Source: an uncultured delta proteobacterium (GTDB lineage: Bacteria; Myxococcota_A; UBA9160; UBA4427). From it: a DNA stretch of 64,000 nt. The stretch is from assembly GCA_963822965.1 (NCBI GenBank), contig CAWGJT010000010.1:626420-690419 (forward strand). The letters run 5' to 3'. Positions 48,887 to 58,381 of this stretch are shown piece after piece. The stretch's first letter is position 1; each line of letters opens with the position of its first letter. Under the pieces are notes generated by a model, which saw only the letters and a list, made by a program, of their open reading frames with translations, was not told the DNA's origin and did not search any database. The translations under genes and the position numbers were made by a program.

Positions 48887-49603
48887 TTGATCGAGGCGTT
48901 CCAGGCCTTGCTGCGCGTGCAGGAGCTCGATGCCGGGGTCCGCACGGCCGAGAAGGAGCTGGCGTCGTTCGCTCCGCTTCGCGAGCAGGCGGTGCTGGCC
49001 GAGGCGGCGGAGCAGGCCGCCATCGAGGAGGCTCGAGCGGCGCTCCGCGAGGCCGAGCAGAGCCACCGCCGTCTCGAGCAGGACCTGGCGGCCGCGGACG
49101 CCCTCGTCAAGAAGCTCGACCTGCAGATCTACGAGGTGACGTCGAAGCAGGCCATGGAGGCGATCCAGAAGGAGACCGCCGCCGCGCGCGAGAGCAAGTC
49201 GCAGCTCGAGGACGCGATCCTCGAGCTGCTCGACGCCATCGAGACGGATGCCGAGGCGGTGCAGGCCGCCGAGACCCGGGCGCGGGAGCAGGCGTCGAGT
49301 CGCGCGGACGCCGAGGCCGAGCGCAGCGAACGCGAGCGCGCGCTTCGCGCCGAGGTCGAGACGCTGGGCAAGAGCCGTGCCGCGCTGGTCGGCACGGTGG
49401 ACGAGGGTGCCCTGCGCGAGTACGAGAGCGCGCGCCGCAAGGCCTGGCCGGTGCTGGTCCGGGTCGAGGCCCGCTCGTGTCCCGCGTGCCACATCACCAT
49501 CGCGCCGCAGAAGATGCTCGACATCGCGAAGGCCAGCTCCTTCGTCACCTGCGGAAGCTGCCACCGCATCTTCTACGGCGAGAAGGTCGCCGCCGCCGGC
49601 TGA
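48887..49603 (+). CDS. Coiled-coil protein with C-terminal C4 zinc ribbon (COG1579-like)
   Basis: TTG 48887 preceded by GAGGT; the alternative start is GTG 48851. LLRVQELD opening and a long coiled coil. C-terminal CPACHITI...CGSCHRIF. Confidence 0.7.
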   Translation: MIEAFQALLRVQELDAGVRTAEKELASFAPLREQAVLAEAAEQAAIEEARAALREAEQSHRRLEQDLAAADALVKKLDLQIYEVTSKQAMEAIQKETAAARESKSQLEDAILELLDAIETDAEAVQAAETRAREQASSRADAEAERSERERALRAEVETLGKSRAALVGTVDEGALREYESARRKAWPVLVRVEARSCPACHITIAPQKMLDIAKASSFVTCGSCHRIFYGEKVAAAG

Positions 49604-49721
49604 ACGGCGCGGCGCGCGATGGGCCCGCAGGGCTCGCTATGCTCGTCGCTCCTCCCGGGCGATCGGCTCGCCGCGAATGGCGAGGCGGATCGGCTCCGGG
49701 ATCCACCACGAGGAAGAAGCC

Positions 49722-50807
49722 ATGAAGGCAGCAGTCCTGCGCGAAGTCGGAAAGCCCCTGGTCATCGAGGACGTCCAGATTGCGAAGCCTGCGCCGCGCG
49801 AGGTGCTGATCCGTACGGCGGCGGCCGGGGTCTGTCACAGCGACCTGCACTTCGTGGAGGGCTCCTATCCCTATCTGCTTCCCACCGTGCTCGGCCACGA
49901 GTCGGCGGGCATCGTCGAGGAGGTGGGCTCCGACGTCCGCTACGTGAAGAAGGGCGACCACGTGATCACGTGTCTCTCGGCCTTCTGCGGGGACTGCAAC
50001 TACTGCCTCACCGGACGCATGTCCCTGTGTCGCAGTCCCGAGGTCCAGCGCGCTCCGGGGGACGCGCCGCGTCTCTCGAAGGACGGCGCGGTGATGAACC
50101 AGTTCCTGAACCTCTCCTCGTACGCCGAGCAGATGCTGGTCCACGAGCACGCCCTGGTGAAGGTGCGCGAGGACATGCCCCTCGATCGGGCCGCGCTCAT
50201 CGGCTGCGGCGTCACCACCGGCGTGGGCGCCGTCCACAACACCGCCCGGGTGGAGCCGGGCAGCACGGTGGCCGTGGTGGGCTGCGGCGGCGTGGGGCTG
50301 GCGTGCGTGAACGGCGCAGCCATCGCCGGCGCCGGCCGCATCATCGCCGTCGATCGCGTGGCCTCGAAGCTCGAGCTGGCGAAGACCTTCGGGGCCACGG
50401 ACCTCGTGAACGCCGCCGAGGGCGATGCCGTGCAGCAGGTTCGCGAGCTGACGGGCGGCGGGGTCGACTACTCGTTCGAGGCCATCGGCCTCAAGGCGAC
50501 CGCCGAGCAGTGCTTCCAGATGCTGTGCGCCGGCGGCACCGCCACCATCATCGGCATGATCCCGGTGGGAACCATGGTGGAGGTGCACGGCGTCGACTTC
50601 CTGGCGGAGAAGAAGCTGCAGGGCTGCACGATGGGCTCGAACCGCTTCCGGGTGGACATGCCGCGCTACATCGAGTTCTACCTGCAGGGCAAGCTGCACC
50701 TGGACGAGATGGTGTCCCAGCGGCTCCCCCTCGAGCAGGTGAACGAGGCGCTCGACGCGCTCAAGCAGGGCGAGGTGGCGCGCACGGTGCTCACCTTCGA
50801 CGCGTGA
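49722..50807 (+). CDS. Zn-dependent alcohol dehydrogenase (class III-like)
   Basis: ATG 49722 with GAGGAAGAAG RBS, inside ORF 49248..50807. Motifs GVCHSDLH, GHESAGIVEEVG, CGDCNYCLTGRMSLC, VGCGGVG. Confidence 0.9.
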   Translation: MKAAVLREVGKPLVIEDVQIAKPAPREVLIRTAAAGVCHSDLHFVEGSYPYLLPTVLGHESAGIVEEVGSDVRYVKKGDHVITCLSAFCGDCNYCLTGRMSLCRSPEVQRAPGDAPRLSKDGAVMNQFLNLSSYAEQMLVHEHALVKVREDMPLDRAALIGCGVTTGVGAVHNTARVEPGSTVAVVGCGGVGLACVNGAAIAGAGRIIAVDRVASKLELAKTFGATDLVNAAEGDAVQQVRELTGGGVDYSFEAIGLKATAEQCFQMLCAGGTATIIGMIPVGTMVEVHGVDFLAEKKLQGCTMGSNRFRVDMPRYIEFYLQGKLHLDEMVSQRLPLEQVNEALDALKQGEVARTVLTFDA

Positions 50808-50816
50808 GGCCCGTGC

Positions 50817-51437
50817 TCAGCGGCTCCAACACGCCAGCACGTCGTCGGTTGCGACCAGCGTCGTGATGGCGCCGAGGGTGTGGGCGAAGATCGAGTCGAC
50901 GTGCTCCTGGGGGAAGCCCGCCACCGCGTCCTTCGGGATCACCACCTGGTAGGCGGCGTTGACGGCGTCGAAGGCCAGGTTGGTGATGGCGACGTTCACC
51001 GACACGCCCACGCCGACGACCGTGTCGACCCCGAGGTTGCGCAGCACGAAGTCGAGCTCGGTGCCCTGGAAGGGCGAGAGACCGTGCAGCCGCTCGAGCA
51101 CGAGGTCGCTCTCTGCCACCGGAAGCTCGGGCACGATCGCGGCGGCCTCGGATCCCGGCACGAGCTTCGGCTCGCTGCGGGCCATGTACTGGAAGAGACG
51201 CGCGTTGTGGTTGGCGCCGAGACCGTCCGCGCGGCGTACGGCCGTGCAGTGGATCACCGGGATGCCGGCGGCCCGGGCGCCCGCGGCCAGGCGCGCCACG
51301 TTGCGGATCATCTCGCCGGACGCGGCCCGGGAGAGCTCCGGCAGCGGCGAGCGATCGCCGATCACGCCCCGCTGGCACTCCTGGGTGATCAGCGCCGTGC
51401 GGCCGGGGGCGACGAGCTCTGCCAGGTCGAGGGCCAC
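50817..51437 (-). CDS. Isochorismatase-family cysteine hydrolase
   Basis: GTG 51437 preceded by GGAGGAGG; the ORF extends to 51458. LITQECQ..., then VIHC, then the catalytic Cys region replaced by VGVGVSVNVAITN. Family fold pattern throughout. Confidence 0.8.
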   Translation of the reverse strand: MALDLAELVAPGRTALITQECQRGVIGDRSPLPELSRAASGEMIRNVARLAAGARAAGIPVIHCTAVRRADGLGANHNARLFQYMARSEPKLVPGSEAAAIVPELPVAESDLVLERLHGLSPFQGTELDFVLRNLGVDTVVGVGVSVNVAITNLAFDAVNAAYQVVIPKDAVAGFPQEHVDSIFAHTLGAITTLVATDDVLACWSR

Positions 51438-51668
51438 GCTTTCGTTCCTCCTCCGCACCGGCTGCGGGCGTGCGGTCGTCGCCGACGTTGCCGTCGTCGG
51501 GCCGCCGTCGCCACTCCCGCCCGTTTGCGGGGGTTGCGACCGTCCCGTTGCCCCGGGTCCGGGGGGCGCTAGCCTGCTTTTCCCACCGGGGAGAAGGTCG
51601 CGGAGATGCTGTGCTATCAGCGCCCGGAGTAGCGCTCGGGTGAGAAATGCAGGCTAGAGCAGGGAGCC

Positions 51669-52190
51669 ATGGACGACCTCCAGCGCCTCGTGGCCAGCGA
51701 CCAGATCCGCCAGCTCGCCTCGCGCTACGCCCTGGCCCTGGATTCCCGGGACCTCGACGCCCTGGTGGGGCTCTTCGTGGACGACGTTCGGGTGGGCCGG
51801 GACGCGTCGGGGCGCGAGGCCCTGCGCGCCAACTTCGACGCGCAGCTGCGGGGGATCGGGGTCTCGATCCTCTTCGTGGGCAACCACGTGATCGACTTCG
51901 ACGACGACGACCACGCCCGGGGCGTCGTCTACTGCAAGGGGGAGATCCAGGACGGCTCCCGCTGGATCCACCAGGCGATCCAATACCGCGATCGCTACGA
52001 GCGGCGCGGCGGGCAGTGGCTCTTCGTGCGGCGGGTACACCTGCTGTGGTACGGCGTGGGCTACGCGCCGGGGGATCCGGCGAACCCCCTGGCGCTGCCG
52101 CCCGCCGACTGGCCCGCGAGGCACACCGGGAAGGGAACGATCCCCGAGAGCTGGCCCTCCTGGCAGCGCTTCTGGTCGCCCGGGGACTGA
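51669..52190 (+). CDS. SnoaL-like / NTF2-fold protein
   Basis: ORF 51669..52190 with GGGAG RBS. DQIRQLASRYALALDSRDLDALVGLFVDDV pattern. Confidence 0.75.
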   Translation: MDDLQRLVASDQIRQLASRYALALDSRDLDALVGLFVDDVRVGRDASGREALRANFDAQLRGIGVSILFVGNHVIDFDDDDHARGVVYCKGEIQDGSRWIHQAIQYRDRYERRGGQWLFVRRVHLLWYGVGYAPGDPANPLALPPADWPARHTGKGTIPESWPSWQRFWSPGD

Positions 52191-52204
52191 TCCGGCCCGC
52201 GCGA

Positions 52205-53311
52205 TCACTGCAGCATGCGCGTCCGCAGGCGGGCGGCGCCGACCCCGACCAGCACCGCCGCCATTGCGAGCAGCACGCCCACCTGCGGCAGGATCTCGGC
52301 GGTGCTCGCACGCTCGAAGATCATCGCCAGGTAGCCGTCCATCGCCCAGGCCGTGGGCAGCAGGTGACCCGCGTCGCGCAGCCAGGCGGGCACCACCGTC
52401 AGCGGCCACATGCAGCCCCCCAGCATGCCGGCGCAGATCGAGAGCAGCGGCGCCAGGGAGAAGGCCTGCTCCGGGGTGCGGAACACCGTCGCCATCACCA
52501 GACCGAGGCCGAGACAGACCGCGACGAGGGCGGCGGTCAGCAGCACGACGCCCAGGGGATCGCCCCAGGGCACCTGGAAGGCGAGGGCGGTGATCGCCAC
52601 GAGGAACGCGGACTGCACGACCATCACCTGCGCCGGCCCCACGATCATCAGCAGGATCAGCTCGGGAGTGCGGGCGGGGGTGGCGAGCAGGCGCTCGGTG
52701 ATGCCGCGGCGGCGCATCATCAGCATGCCCGTGGAGGAGATCATGCCGTTGATGACCAGGAAGAGCACCAGGTTCGAGGGCGCCGTGTAGTGGAAGCCGA
52801 TGGGCGGGCGCCCCTCGTTGCTGCCGTCGTAGACCCGGCTCGCCACCGGCCGTGCGAGGCCGGGCGAGACGGCGTCCGCCAGCCGCGCGTCGGCGATGGC
52901 CCGCACGACGATGGCCCCGACCCCGGCGGCGGACGCCAGCAGCTCGAGATCGTCCTCCCCGTTCCAGCCGGCGGGGACGACGACGCCCGCGTGGAGCCGC
53001 CCGCGGTAGACCGCCGCGCGCATGGCCCCGGCGTCGTCGTAGTCGCGTACGCGCACGGCGGGCAGGGCGTCGAGTCCGTCCCGCAGGCTGCGCGCGATCG
53101 CGCTGCCCGAACGATCCAGGAAGCCCACGCTGAAGACCGGATCGCTGTAGCCCTGCATGGCCACGCCGATCACGGCGATGACGACGACCGGCAGCAGGAA
53201 GAGCCCCGCGGCCTGGCCCGGGCTGCGCCGGGAGCTCGCGGCCCCGGCGGCCGCCGCCGCGGAGACGGTGGCCCGGATGCGGGCGAGACGGCTCGTCGCG
53301 GCCCCGGTCAT
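52205..53311 (-). CDS. ABC-2-type transporter permease
   Basis: ATG 53311 overlaps the previous stop (ATGA), inside ORF 52205..54244. N-terminal TM helix, a large loop, then 5 C-terminal TM helices. Confidence 0.8.
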   Translation of the reverse strand: MTGAATSRLARIRATVSAAAAAGAASSRRSPGQAAGLFLLPVVVIAVIGVAMQGYSDPVFSVGFLDRSGSAIARSLRDGLDALPAVRVRDYDDAGAMRAAVYRGRLHAGVVVPAGWNGEDDLELLASAAGVGAIVVRAIADARLADAVSPGLARPVASRVYDGSNEGRPPIGFHYTAPSNLVLFLVINGMISSTGMLMMRRRGITERLLATPARTPELILLMIVGPAQVMVVQSAFLVAITALAFQVPWGDPLGVVLLTAALVAVCLGLGLVMATVFRTPEQAFSLAPLLSICAGMLGGCMWPLTVVPAWLRDAGHLLPTAWAMDGYLAMIFERASTAEILPQVGVLLAMAAVLVGVGAARLRTRMLQ

Positions 53312-54459
53312 ACGCTCCGCTCCAGGGACGCGGTCGCGCGATACGCCGCGAACGCGATGCCCGCGCAGCCCACCGCGAACGTCACCAGCAGGGGCTCCAG
53401 CACGCCGCCGAGGCTTCCGCCGGCCTGGCCCAGGGCGGCGGCATCCATGAAGCCCCGGGCGGCCTGGCCGTTCGGCGTGAGCCGCTGCAGGGTGTCGAAG
53501 ACGTCCGGCAGTCCCTGGGGCGGCATGAACTGGCCGCCCACCACCGCCAGCAGGAAGATGGCGATGGACGCCAGGGTCTGCCCCTGCTCGGCGTTCCGGG
53601 CCACCGCCATGAAGAACGAGGTCATGCCGATGGCCATCCAGACGGTGGTGAAGACCAAGGCGGCGACGATCCAGGCGGGTCCCCAGTGGGTGCCGAAGAG
53701 GACCCGGGTCGCGAGGATCATGCTGGCCATCTGCAGCCAGCCCAGCAGCAGCAGTCCCAGCAGCTTGCCGGCCAGGATCGAGCGAGCCGGTGCGGGCGAC
53801 GCCACGAGGCGCGCGATCGCGCCGGCGTCCACCTCTTCCTGCAGGGCTCTCACGCCGGAGAGAACCGTGAACGTGAGGAACAGAACCGTCATCGAGAACG
53901 CGAAGTAGTCCACCGGGCGCAGGCGACCGCCCGGGGACACGGGGACCATCGCCGCCAGCGGCGGGAGATCGGCCCGTCCGCCGTCGCTCGCCCCGGCAGC
54001 GCGGCGGCGCGCCGCCTCGACGCGGTAGCGCTCCGCCAGCGCCACGGTCATGCGCGTCGCGAAGGCGTCGTGGCCGGTTGCGAGCACCTCCAGGCCGGGC
54101 GCACCGTCGCCACCCGGTTCGGCGCCGCTCGCGAGGAAGTCCGGGCGAACGACGAGGGCCACGTCGGCGTCGTCCCGGGCGAGCAACGTGGAGGCGGCTT
54201 CGGGCGAGCCGGCGGGCTGCAGCAGGACGACGCCCTCGAGCCACGGCTGGGCCAGGAAGTCGCGCAGTCGGGCGGCGTCCGGCCCGGGGTCGAGATCCAC
54301 CAGCGCCAGCCGCAGCTGGAAGCCGGCCTCGTTCGATCCGATCGCGAGGCCGATGAGGCCGGCGAGCACCAGCGGGACGACCACGGCCACCAGCACGGCC
54401 GTTCGGTCCCGCAGCCGCTGGCGCAGGTCCTTGAGACAGAGGACGAGGGCGAAGCGCAC
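53308..54459 (-). CDS. ABC-2-type transporter permease
   Basis: ORF 53308..54459 with a GTG start. KDLRQRLRDRTAVL opening typical of ABC-2 permeases. Same architecture as its neighbour. Confidence 0.8.
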   Translation of the reverse strand: MRFALVLCLKDLRQRLRDRTAVLVAVVVPLVLAGLIGLAIGSNEAGFQLRLALVDLDPGPDAARLRDFLAQPWLEGVVLLQPAGSPEAASTLLARDDADVALVVRPDFLASGAEPGGDGAPGLEVLATGHDAFATRMTVALAERYRVEAARRRAAGASDGGRADLPPLAAMVPVSPGGRLRPVDYFAFSMTVLFLTFTVLSGVRALQEEVDAGAIARLVASPAPARSILAGKLLGLLLLGWLQMASMILATRVLFGTHWGPAWIVAALVFTTVWMAIGMTSFFMAVARNAEQGQTLASIAIFLLAVVGGQFMPPQGLPDVFDTLQRLTPNGQAARGFMDAAALGQAGGSLGGVLEPLLVTFAVGCAGIAFAAYRATASLERSV

Positions 54460-54467
54460 GGCGGCCG

Positions 54468-55400
54468 TCAGTCGCGCAGCGCTCGGCCGGTGAGCTCGAG
54501 GAAGACGTCCTCGAGGTCGGGCTCCACCACCTCGACGCGGCTGGGGGCGAGGCGGGCCTCGATCAGCGCGTGCAGCAGGGCCGGCACGCAGTCAGAACCG
54601 TCGTCGCCGAAGACGGTCAGGTGCTCCTCGGTCCAGTGCGCGGTGCGCACCCCCACCACCGCCCGGGCCACGTGCGCGGCATGATCGGGCCGGCGATCCG
54701 TGCCGAACGCGAGCTCGATGCGCGCGTCGCCCCGGAGCCGGTCGACGAGCTGGCGTCGGGTGCCCTCCGCGATCAGGCGACCGCCGTCGATGATGCCCAC
54801 CCGGTCGCACAGGCGCTCGGCCTCCTCCATGTAGTGGGTGGTGTACAGGATGGCGACGCCCTCGCTCCGCAGGCGCTCCAGCAGGTCGAAGATGGCGCTG
54901 CGGCTCTGGGGATCGACGCCTGCCGTGGGCTCGTCCAGGGTGAGGAGGCCTGGGCCGTGCAGCAGCCCCGCCACGAGGTTGAGGCGCCGCTGCATGCCGC
55001 CCGAGAAGGTCGCGACCCGGTCGTCCGCGCGGTCCGCGAGCCCCACGGACGCGAGCGCCTCGTCGACCGCCTTCGTGAGCGCCGCGCCGCGCAGCTCGTA
55101 CATGCGGCCCCAGAAGTACAGGTTCTCCCGGGCGGTGAGATCCTGATAGAGGGTGATCGCCTGGGGGACGAGGCCCATGCGCCGGCGCGCGGGGGGGCCT
55201 TCGTCGAGATCGATGCCGTCCACCACGACGCGGCCGCCGTCGCGGGGCAGCACGCCGGTGATCATCGAGATCGTGGTCGTCTTGCCCGCACCGTTCGGCC
55301 CCAGCAGGCCGTAGATCTCGCCGGCCTCGATGTGGAAGCCCACGTCCGACACGGCCTGCCGCTCTCCGAATCGCTTCCGGAGCCCTTCGGCGATCAGCAT
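54468..55400 (-). CDS. ABC transporter ATP-binding protein
   Basis: ORF 54468..55400. Walker A GPNGAGKTT, signature FSGGMQRRL, Walker B LLTLDEPT. Confidence 0.95.
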   Translation of the reverse strand: MLIAEGLRKRFGERQAVSDVGFHIEAGEIYGLLGPNGAGKTTTISMITGVLPRDGGRVVVDGIDLDEGPPARRRMGLVPQAITLYQDLTARENLYFWGRMYELRGAALTKAVDEALASVGLADRADDRVATFSGGMQRRLNLVAGLLHGPGLLTLDEPTAGVDPQSRSAIFDLLERLRSEGVAILYTTHYMEEAERLCDRVGIIDGGRLIAEGTRRQLVDRLRGDARIELAFGTDRRPDHAAHVARAVVGVRTAHWTEEHLTVFGDDGSDCVPALLHALIEARLAPSRVEVVEPDLEDVFLELTGRALRD

Positions 55401-55464
55401 GCCCGCCCTCCGCGCCAGCCAGGGCAGGATAGCTTCGGGCGAGGGGCCTGCGACCCGCCGCGCT

Positions 55465-55548
55465 GCAGGCGCGCGCCTCCTGCGGTGCGGCTACTGCGGG
55501 GCGCCTATAGCAGGCGCGTATAGCAGGCGCCTGCTGGAGGGCGCCTAT
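55465..55548. promoter_or_regulatory. Cluster of GCAGGCGC / GCGCCTGC motif copies, including a 14-bp perfect palindrome and a 12-nt tandem direct repeat
   Basis: GCAGGCGC at 55465, 55510 and 55523. TATAGCAGGCGC repeated at 55506-55517 and 55519-55530. Palindrome AGCAGGCGCCTGCT at 55522-55535. Lies between the methyltransferase stop and the ABC operon start. Confidence 0.4.
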
Positions 55549-56192
55549 TCGAGGCCAAAGACGTCGAAGCTCTGCATCGGCAGGAAGTCGTACGCCGCTA
55601 CGTGCCGGTAGCGGGCGGCCTCCAGCTCGCGAACGAGCTGGCCGTCCGGCAGGATGTGCCCCTTCGGAATGAACAGACGTCCCTCGGGCTTGCCGTCGAC
55701 GATGGCGATCCGGGCACCGGGGCGCAGGTCTTCGCGCAGCCGTTCGAGGTAGCGCACGCGGTCTTCGAAGTGGTGGTAGGCGTTGCAGAAGAAGACCAGG
55801 TCGACGGAGGCGTCCGGAAGCCGGGGGTCGTCTTCCCGCGCCTGCACCACCTCGATGTTCGAGTAGCCCCGCTGCCGGACGCGCCGCTCCAGCGCGGCCA
55901 CCTTCCCCGGATCGAGCTCCACCGCGTAGACGCGTCCCTCGGGGCCCACCGCGTCGGCGAAGTAGAAGCTGAAGTAGCCGTCACCCGCGCCCAGGTCGGC
56001 CACGCGGTCGCCCGGCTGGAGCGCCAGGCTCTCGATCACCCGGTCCGTACGCTGCCAGCCCTGGCGGCTGAAGAGGTGTCCGTAGTCCATGCGGCTGAGG
56101 ACGTGGCAGCCGGTCACGACGGGAAGCACGGCGGCGCCCAGAAGGGCGGGCAGACGTGCGATGCGGGGGCTTCGGGAGGGGGCCGAGCTCAT
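55545..56192 (-). CDS. Class I SAM-dependent methyltransferase with lipoprotein-type signal peptide
   Basis: ATG 56192 inside ORF 55545..56738. LPALLGAAVLPVVTGC lipobox. SAM motif I VADLGAGDGYFS, followed by VYAVELD. Confidence 0.8.
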   Translation of the reverse strand: MSSAPSRSPRIARLPALLGAAVLPVVTGCHVLSRMDYGHLFSRQGWQRTDRVIESLALQPGDRVADLGAGDGYFSFYFADAVGPEGRVYAVELDPGKVAALERRVRQRGYSNIEVVQAREDDPRLPDASVDLVFFCNAYHHFEDRVRYLERLREDLRPGARIAIVDGKPEGRLFIPKGHILPDGQLVRELEAARYRHVAAYDFLPMQSFDVFGLE

Positions 56193-56361
56193 GCGAGGCT
56201 CCTTGCGATGTGCGCGCGAGGCGCGTCCGGGGTGTGCGGCGGGCAGGCTAACGCCCGCCCCGGGGCCCGGAAGGCTTCGCGTGATCGGCGGGACGGGTCT
56301 GTGACGAACGGGACGGCTGCGGGGACGAGCCGGTTTGTCGTGGGGGCGAACGGGGGCGAGA

Positions 56362-57324
56362 ATGGCCCCCGTGAACCCCGCGATCGACTGGCTGCGCGAG
56401 CCCCTGCGAGCGGATCTGTCCCTTCGCTGGCGGCTGCGCGCATACGCGGCGAGCGAGCTGGCGGTGCTGGTCAGCGTTCCGTTCCTGCACCTGTACCTGA
56501 GCGTGGATCTCACGGCCGCGGAGCTCGCGATCCACACCCTCGACATCGGCTTCGGCGCCCTGCTCGTGCTGGGGCTCTTCGAGGCGGGCATCTCCCTCTG
56601 GCAACGCAGCCTTCGGTGGAATCTCGCGCTGTCGCGAGCCGCGCTGATGGCGGGCGTGACGGCGGTGGCGGCGGGTCTCTTCTTGCTGCAGGCGAATCTC
56701 CACGACGTGCTGCCCGTGACCGCGCGCATCCGCGCCAAGCACGTGGACGCCGGCTACGGGGACATGTCGCTCCGGGTCCTGCCGCTGGTGCTGCTGATGG
56801 GCTGGGTGGTGGGCCAGGGCCTGCGCGAGCAGGCCCTGCGCCGGGAGCTCGAGGAGCTGCGGACGTTGAACGCGCGGCTCGCGCGGCTTCGACCCCGACG
56901 GGCAGGCGACCTGCCGCAGCCGGCGGACGATGTGCCGCGGCTGGCCGGCACCGGCGGCGGGGCGTCGGCCGGAGATCGGGTGGCCTTCCGCCACGAGGGG
57001 GGCGACCTGCTGCTCGAGACGCGGGCGATCACGCGCATCCAGGCCGAGGAGAACTACTGCCGTATCCACGCGACGGCGCCGGGCGCGAACGAGGAGCGGA
57101 GCTGGCTCGTCCGCACGACCCTCGCCGAGACCCTCGCCCGGCTTCCCGCCGCGCGCTTCCTGCAGGTGCACCGCTCCCACGTGGTCGGTCTGGCCCACGT
57201 GAGCGAGGTGCGACGGGAGGGGCGCCGCTACTCGCTGCGGGTCGGCACGGACGCCTGGGTTCCCGTGAGCCGTGGTCGGGTGGCGGACGTGCGGGCGCAC
57301 GTCGTCGCCGGGCTGGAGGGCTGA
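56362..57324 (+). CDS. Membrane-anchored LytTR-domain DNA-binding protein (no receiver domain)
   Basis: ATG 56362 (alternative 56335). About 4 TM helices, a coiled-coil linker, then the LytTR-like I.AEENYCRIH...L..RLP...FLQVHRSHVV. Confidence 0.75.
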   Translation: MAPVNPAIDWLREPLRADLSLRWRLRAYAASELAVLVSVPFLHLYLSVDLTAAELAIHTLDIGFGALLVLGLFEAGISLWQRSLRWNLALSRAALMAGVTAVAAGLFLLQANLHDVLPVTARIRAKHVDAGYGDMSLRVLPLVLLMGWVVGQGLREQALRRELEELRTLNARLARLRPRRAGDLPQPADDVPRLAGTGGGASAGDRVAFRHEGGDLLLETRAITRIQAEENYCRIHATAPGANEERSWLVRTTLAETLARLPAARFLQVHRSHVVGLAHVSEVRREGRRYSLRVGTDAWVPVSRGRVADVRAHVVAGLEG

Positions 57325-57325
57325 G

Positions 57326-58381
57326 TTGACGCGTCGCGCACTCGCCTTGCTGGCGTTCGTCCTCGTGGCGGCGGGTCATGCGGGCCCCGGCGCGGCGCAT
57401 CCCCTGGCCCCCGCACTGCTCGAGCTGCGCGAGCTCGGCGGTGACCAGGTGGCGGTGCGCTTCAAGACCTCGGTCTTCGTCCGCTCGCAGCGCGCGGGCG
57501 AGGCGCTGGTGCCCGAGCTTCCGGACTCCTGCCGGGTGATCGAGCAGGAGCCTGCCCGGGTGGCCGGCGGCGGGCGCACGGTCCGCTTTCGGGCGTCCTG
57601 TCCGGGAGGGCTGGTGGGACGGAGGGTCGGCGTCGGCGGTCTCGACGCCAACGGCATCGATGCGTTGCTGCGGGTCGAGCTCGTCGACGGTCGGAGCCTG
57701 CAGCGGGTGCTGCACGCCGGTCGAGCGAGCCTCGTCGTCCCCGCGCGCCCGGGCTCGTGGGCGGTGTTCGTCTCCTATGCCGAGATGGGCGCGCGGCACA
57801 TCTTCACGGGCCCCGATCACCTGCTCTTCGTGTTCGGTCTCGTGCTGCTGGTGGCGCCCGGCGCGGGCTACGTGAGGCGGCTCCTGGTCACGCTCTCCGC
57901 CTTCACCCTGGGGCATTGCGTGACCCTGAGTCTGGCAGCGCTGCGCTGGGTGCGGGTTCCGAGCGGACCCGTCGAGCTCCTGATCGCGGTCAGCGTGCTG
58001 GTGCTGGCGGTGGAGCTGGCCCGCAACGAGGGGGGGACGCGTTCCCGCGCGCTTCCCTGGCTGCTGGCGGGCAGCTTCGGCCTGCTGCACGGGCTCGGGT
58101 TCGCGGGTGCCCTGCTGGAGGCCGGTCTGCCCGCCGGCGACGTGCCGCTGGCGCTCGTTTCGTTCAACGTGGGCATCGAGGTGGGACAGGTGTTCGTGGT
58201 GGCGGGGGTGCTGTCGGGCCGGACGGCCTTCCGGGTGGTGCGCTCCCGGCTGCCCCGCGTCGACGGGCGAGCGGGCCGAGCCGCCTGGCCCGCCGTCGTG
58301 GCGCGCCGGCTTCCCGCCTACGCGTTGGGCTCACTGGCCGCCATGTGGTGCCTGGAGCGCGCCGTTCGGCTGCTCGGTTGA
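57326..58381 (+). CDS. HupE/UreJ-family membrane protein with N-terminal periplasmic domain
   Basis: TTG 57326, 1 nt after the LytTR stop, giving signal peptide TRRALALLAFVLVAAGHAGPGAA. HIFTGPDHLLFVFGLVLL and LLHGLGFAG motifs. Start uncertain. Confidence 0.7.
   Translation: MTRRALALLAFVLVAAGHAGPGAAHPLAPALLELRELGGDQVAVRFKTSVFVRSQRAGEALVPELPDSCRVIEQEPARVAGGGRTVRFRASCPGGLVGRRVGVGGLDANGIDALLRVELVDGRSLQRVLHAGRASLVVPARPGSWAVFVSYAEMGARHIFTGPDHLLFVFGLVLLVAPGAGYVRRLLVTLSAFTLGHCVTLSLAALRWVRVPSGPVELLIAVSVLVLAVELARNEGGTRSRALPWLLAGSFGLLHGLGFAGALLEAGLPAGDVPLALVSFNVGIEVGQVFVVAGVLSGRTAFRVVRSRLPRVDGRAGRAAWPAVVARRLPAYALGSLAAMWCLERAVRLLG

Noticed and set aside
51569-51657. A 9-bp inverted repeat CTAGCCTGC...GCAGGCTAG enclosing about 70 nt just upstream of the SnoaL-like gene, considered as a riboswitch-like leader.
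   Set aside because: The arms are short, no known riboswitch core was recognised, and there is no supporting conservation data. It could be a chance repeat or a simple operator.
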